Source: Spirochaetota bacterium
GTDB taxonomy: Bacteria > Spirochaetota > UBA4802 > UBA5550
DNA length: 64,000 bases
Reading direction: 5' to 3'
NCBI GenBank assembly: GCA_041753395.1
Contig: JBGSUQ010000030.1
Span: 10,133-74,132 of the forward strand
A program made the position numbers and the translations under genes. How positions within the stretch are numbered: position 1 is the stretch's first letter; every line of letters begins with the position of its first letter. The notes beneath the pieces were generated by a model, which saw only the letters and a program-made list of their open reading frames with translations, did not search any database and was not told the DNA's origin. Of the stretch, positions 62,583-64,000 are shown in pieces.

Positions 62583-63551
62583 ATCCGTCCGGGGGGTCTT
62601 CACCAGTATGTCCTTCAACGGGGCATATTTTATTTCGGTGAGATCAAACTCGAAATGCCGCCGTTCCCCTCCTTCATCGATAAAGGACACGCGGAAGATA
62701 TCGGATATGAAGGCGTTCTCCGCGAGCTGTATGACCCCGTAATCGCGCAGCTGCTTAAGGTAGGTCCGGATGATCCCGAAGGCCATCTTCTGGATGTCCA
62801 GGTCCCGGTGATGCTCATGGTCATAGAGACCCAGGTTCACGTCAGCGACACGGTATTCCCCCATGCAGGTATCAACGTTGATGCCGGTCTCTACGCCGTA
62901 GCGCTGCCAGAAGTGCACGATGTTGAAGAACTCCAGCGTCGCCGCCGCCTCTCCGGAGAGGGGGTAATGGAAGTCGGTGATCCTTTTCAGGTCGGGATGG
63001 TCTATGACTGACATGAGGGGCTGGGCCACGAATTTCTTGATCCGCCCCATTTCTCGCCAGAAGCTGGCCCTGGCAAAATCATGTCCCCTGAGAATGGCGC
63101 CGCTCAGGGCCAGGACGAAATGCGATCCGAAGTATTTCGGCACCACGTCTGCATCGAGGAAGACCACGATGACGTCCAGGGGATTGTCGCTTTTTGCGCA
63201 GGTCGTATTAATGTGATACAGGGCGCGCCGCATATCGGCCCCCTTGCCCCTCTCATCGCCCATATCGGGGACTACGCTGGTGTTGCATATGAGTATCTCG
63301 GATCCTCCCCATGCTTCACGTGCCCGGCGTTCAGTCTCTTCCTCATCTTCTCCAGCCCGGCGGTGCGAAACCAGAATCCCGTCAATGTAATCGCCCAGCT
63401 CGGACCGGAGGAGCTTTATTTTGTCATGGATCAGTCCCGCCTCCCGCTCGCCGAAGGTGGAAAAAACAACGATGATCTTCCTGTGGTCCTTTATTCCACG
63501 GAGGTCATCTAATGCAAATTCTGAGCTTTCATATTGGGTTATGGTCTTCAT
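62529..63551 (-). CDS. GT-A fold glycosyltransferase, mannosylglycerate/glucosyl-3-phosphoglycerate-synthase-like
   Basis: GKGADMRRAL...FLDADV...PLSGE...YGVETG pattern. The start is uncertain (ATG 63551 preferred; TTG 63602 and ATG 63584 possible). The last 17 codons (SPPLSPSPSNGEGEK) run into the repeat element, so the true C-terminus is doubtful. Confidence 0.7.
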   Translation of the reverse strand: MKTITQYESSEFALDDLRGIKDHRKIIVVFSTFGEREAGLIHDKIKLLRSELGDYIDGILVSHRRAGEDEEETERRAREAWGGSEILICNTSVVPDMGDERGKGADMRRALYHINTTCAKSDNPLDVIVVFLDADVVPKYFGSHFVLALSGAILRGHDFARASFWREMGRIKKFVAQPLMSVIDHPDLKRITDFHYPLSGEAAATLEFFNIVHFWQRYGVETGINVDTCMGEYRVADVNLGLYDHEHHRDLDIQKMAFGIIRTYLKQLRDYGVIQLAENAFISDIFRVSFIDEGGERRHFEFDLTEIKYAPLKDILVKTPRTDITSPPLSPSPSNGEGEK

Positions 63552-63602
63552 ACTAATGGGGCCCGGGTTATAAACTTTAATCATTTTTGCAATTATTGTC
63601 AA

Positions 63603-64000
63603 GCCCTTATGGGAAGAAGGCGCTTACTTACAAGGTTATAGAGTCAGTTATGAAAATTGATAGGAGGTCAGAGTAATAATCAGCGAACAAATATAAAGAT
63701 GTGTTAGATTATAATTATATATTTTATTAAAAATGTACAATTTTAACCATTGCGATTTAAAAAAATTATAAAAATACCCATGTGGGTGGGTTTTATTTTA
63801 ATAATTTATTTGATTTTAATCTTAAAATCTATTACAATATATACCGAAGATAACTATAGGTAATTTACTTATGAATGAATAAGAATATTGATTAGGTTAT
63901 AATAAGTAATTATCGTAAAAAAGGATTTAAGAATAAACTTAATTATTATTTTCAGATTTAAAAACATTTATGGGTATATTTAAAATGAATAATAAATTTT
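63603..64000. other. AT-rich block at window end (upstream of the 62529-63551 gene)
   Basis: Mostly below 25% G+C by eye, with no ORF. Contains GATAACTATA at 63849-63858. Extent is unknown because the window ends here. Confidence 0.5.

Noticed and set aside
1-64000. CRISPR arrays, defence islands, prophage, IS elements, integrases, toxin-antitoxin pairs, tRNA/rRNA genes
   Set aside because: I found no direct-repeat/spacer arrays. I found no transposase, integrase, phage structural or restriction-type proteins among the ORFs. No cloverleaf-like or rRNA-like sequences appeared in the intergenic regions I read. Absence is judged by eye only.

Overview
Gene-dense bacterial chromosomal segment. 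Coding DNA is about 55-63% G+C on hand counts of single lines, broken by three intergenic blocks of about 15-30% G+C. I recognised no rRNA, tRNA, CRISPR array, transposase, integrase or phage gene. One ncRNA is clear: RNase P RNA (rnpB, minus strand, about 6287-6630).

Gene content suggests an anaerobic bacterium that cycles H2 and formate and oxidises fatty acids. I cannot assign taxonomy from sequence alone. In order, the window holds:
- a metal ABC importer, Yip1/SppA, and rnpB inside a low-GC islet;
- an SDR plus a GT-A glycosyltransferase;
- hypA-hypD-hypE-hypC;
- a GAF histidine kinase divergent from a DRTGG / CBS-GHKL / DRTGG operon;
- a multi-TM chemoreceptor;
- a long minus-strand block with an NAD-type formate dehydrogenase operon (fdhA, fdhB, OFA-type MFS transporter, diiron protein, CheY-like regulator), followed by an NAD-type [NiFe] Hox operon (hoxF, hoxU, hoxY, hoxH, hoxW, paralogous CheY-like regulator);
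- hypF behind an outer-membrane beta-barrel gene, then hypB;
- an MBOAT/AlgJ-like O-acylation pair, an acyl-CoA ligase, a rhodanese and a GNAT;
- two tandem paralogous DUF2207-like envelope proteins plus a YwbE-like gene;
- a beta-oxidation cluster around a TetR gene (SCP2, acyl-CoA ligase, thiolase / TetR / two ACADs, HADH, crotonase);
- a 7TMR-DISM PP2C phosphatase, a DUF2889-like gene and a second GT-A glycosyltransferase.

The observations most worth follow-up are:
1. the DUF2207-like/Tim44-like/zinc-ribbon paralog pair with conserved anchors and YRSS/poly-Ser tracts;
2. a strongly over-represented word, CCGATAACTATC, found in both intergenic and coding DNA;
3. a 14-bp palindrome, ACTGACATGTCAGT, present 3 times plus one near copy in front of fatty-acid genes (predicted TetR regulon);
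4. the fdh-hox supercluster, where each operon ends in a paralogous single-domain response regulator and is preceded by a very AT-rich block;
5. the DRTGG/CBS-GHKL module next to the hyp genes.

Start codons were chosen by eye from RBS and overlap context. RNA ends and motif limits are approximate. All family assignments come from motif recognition, not database searches.
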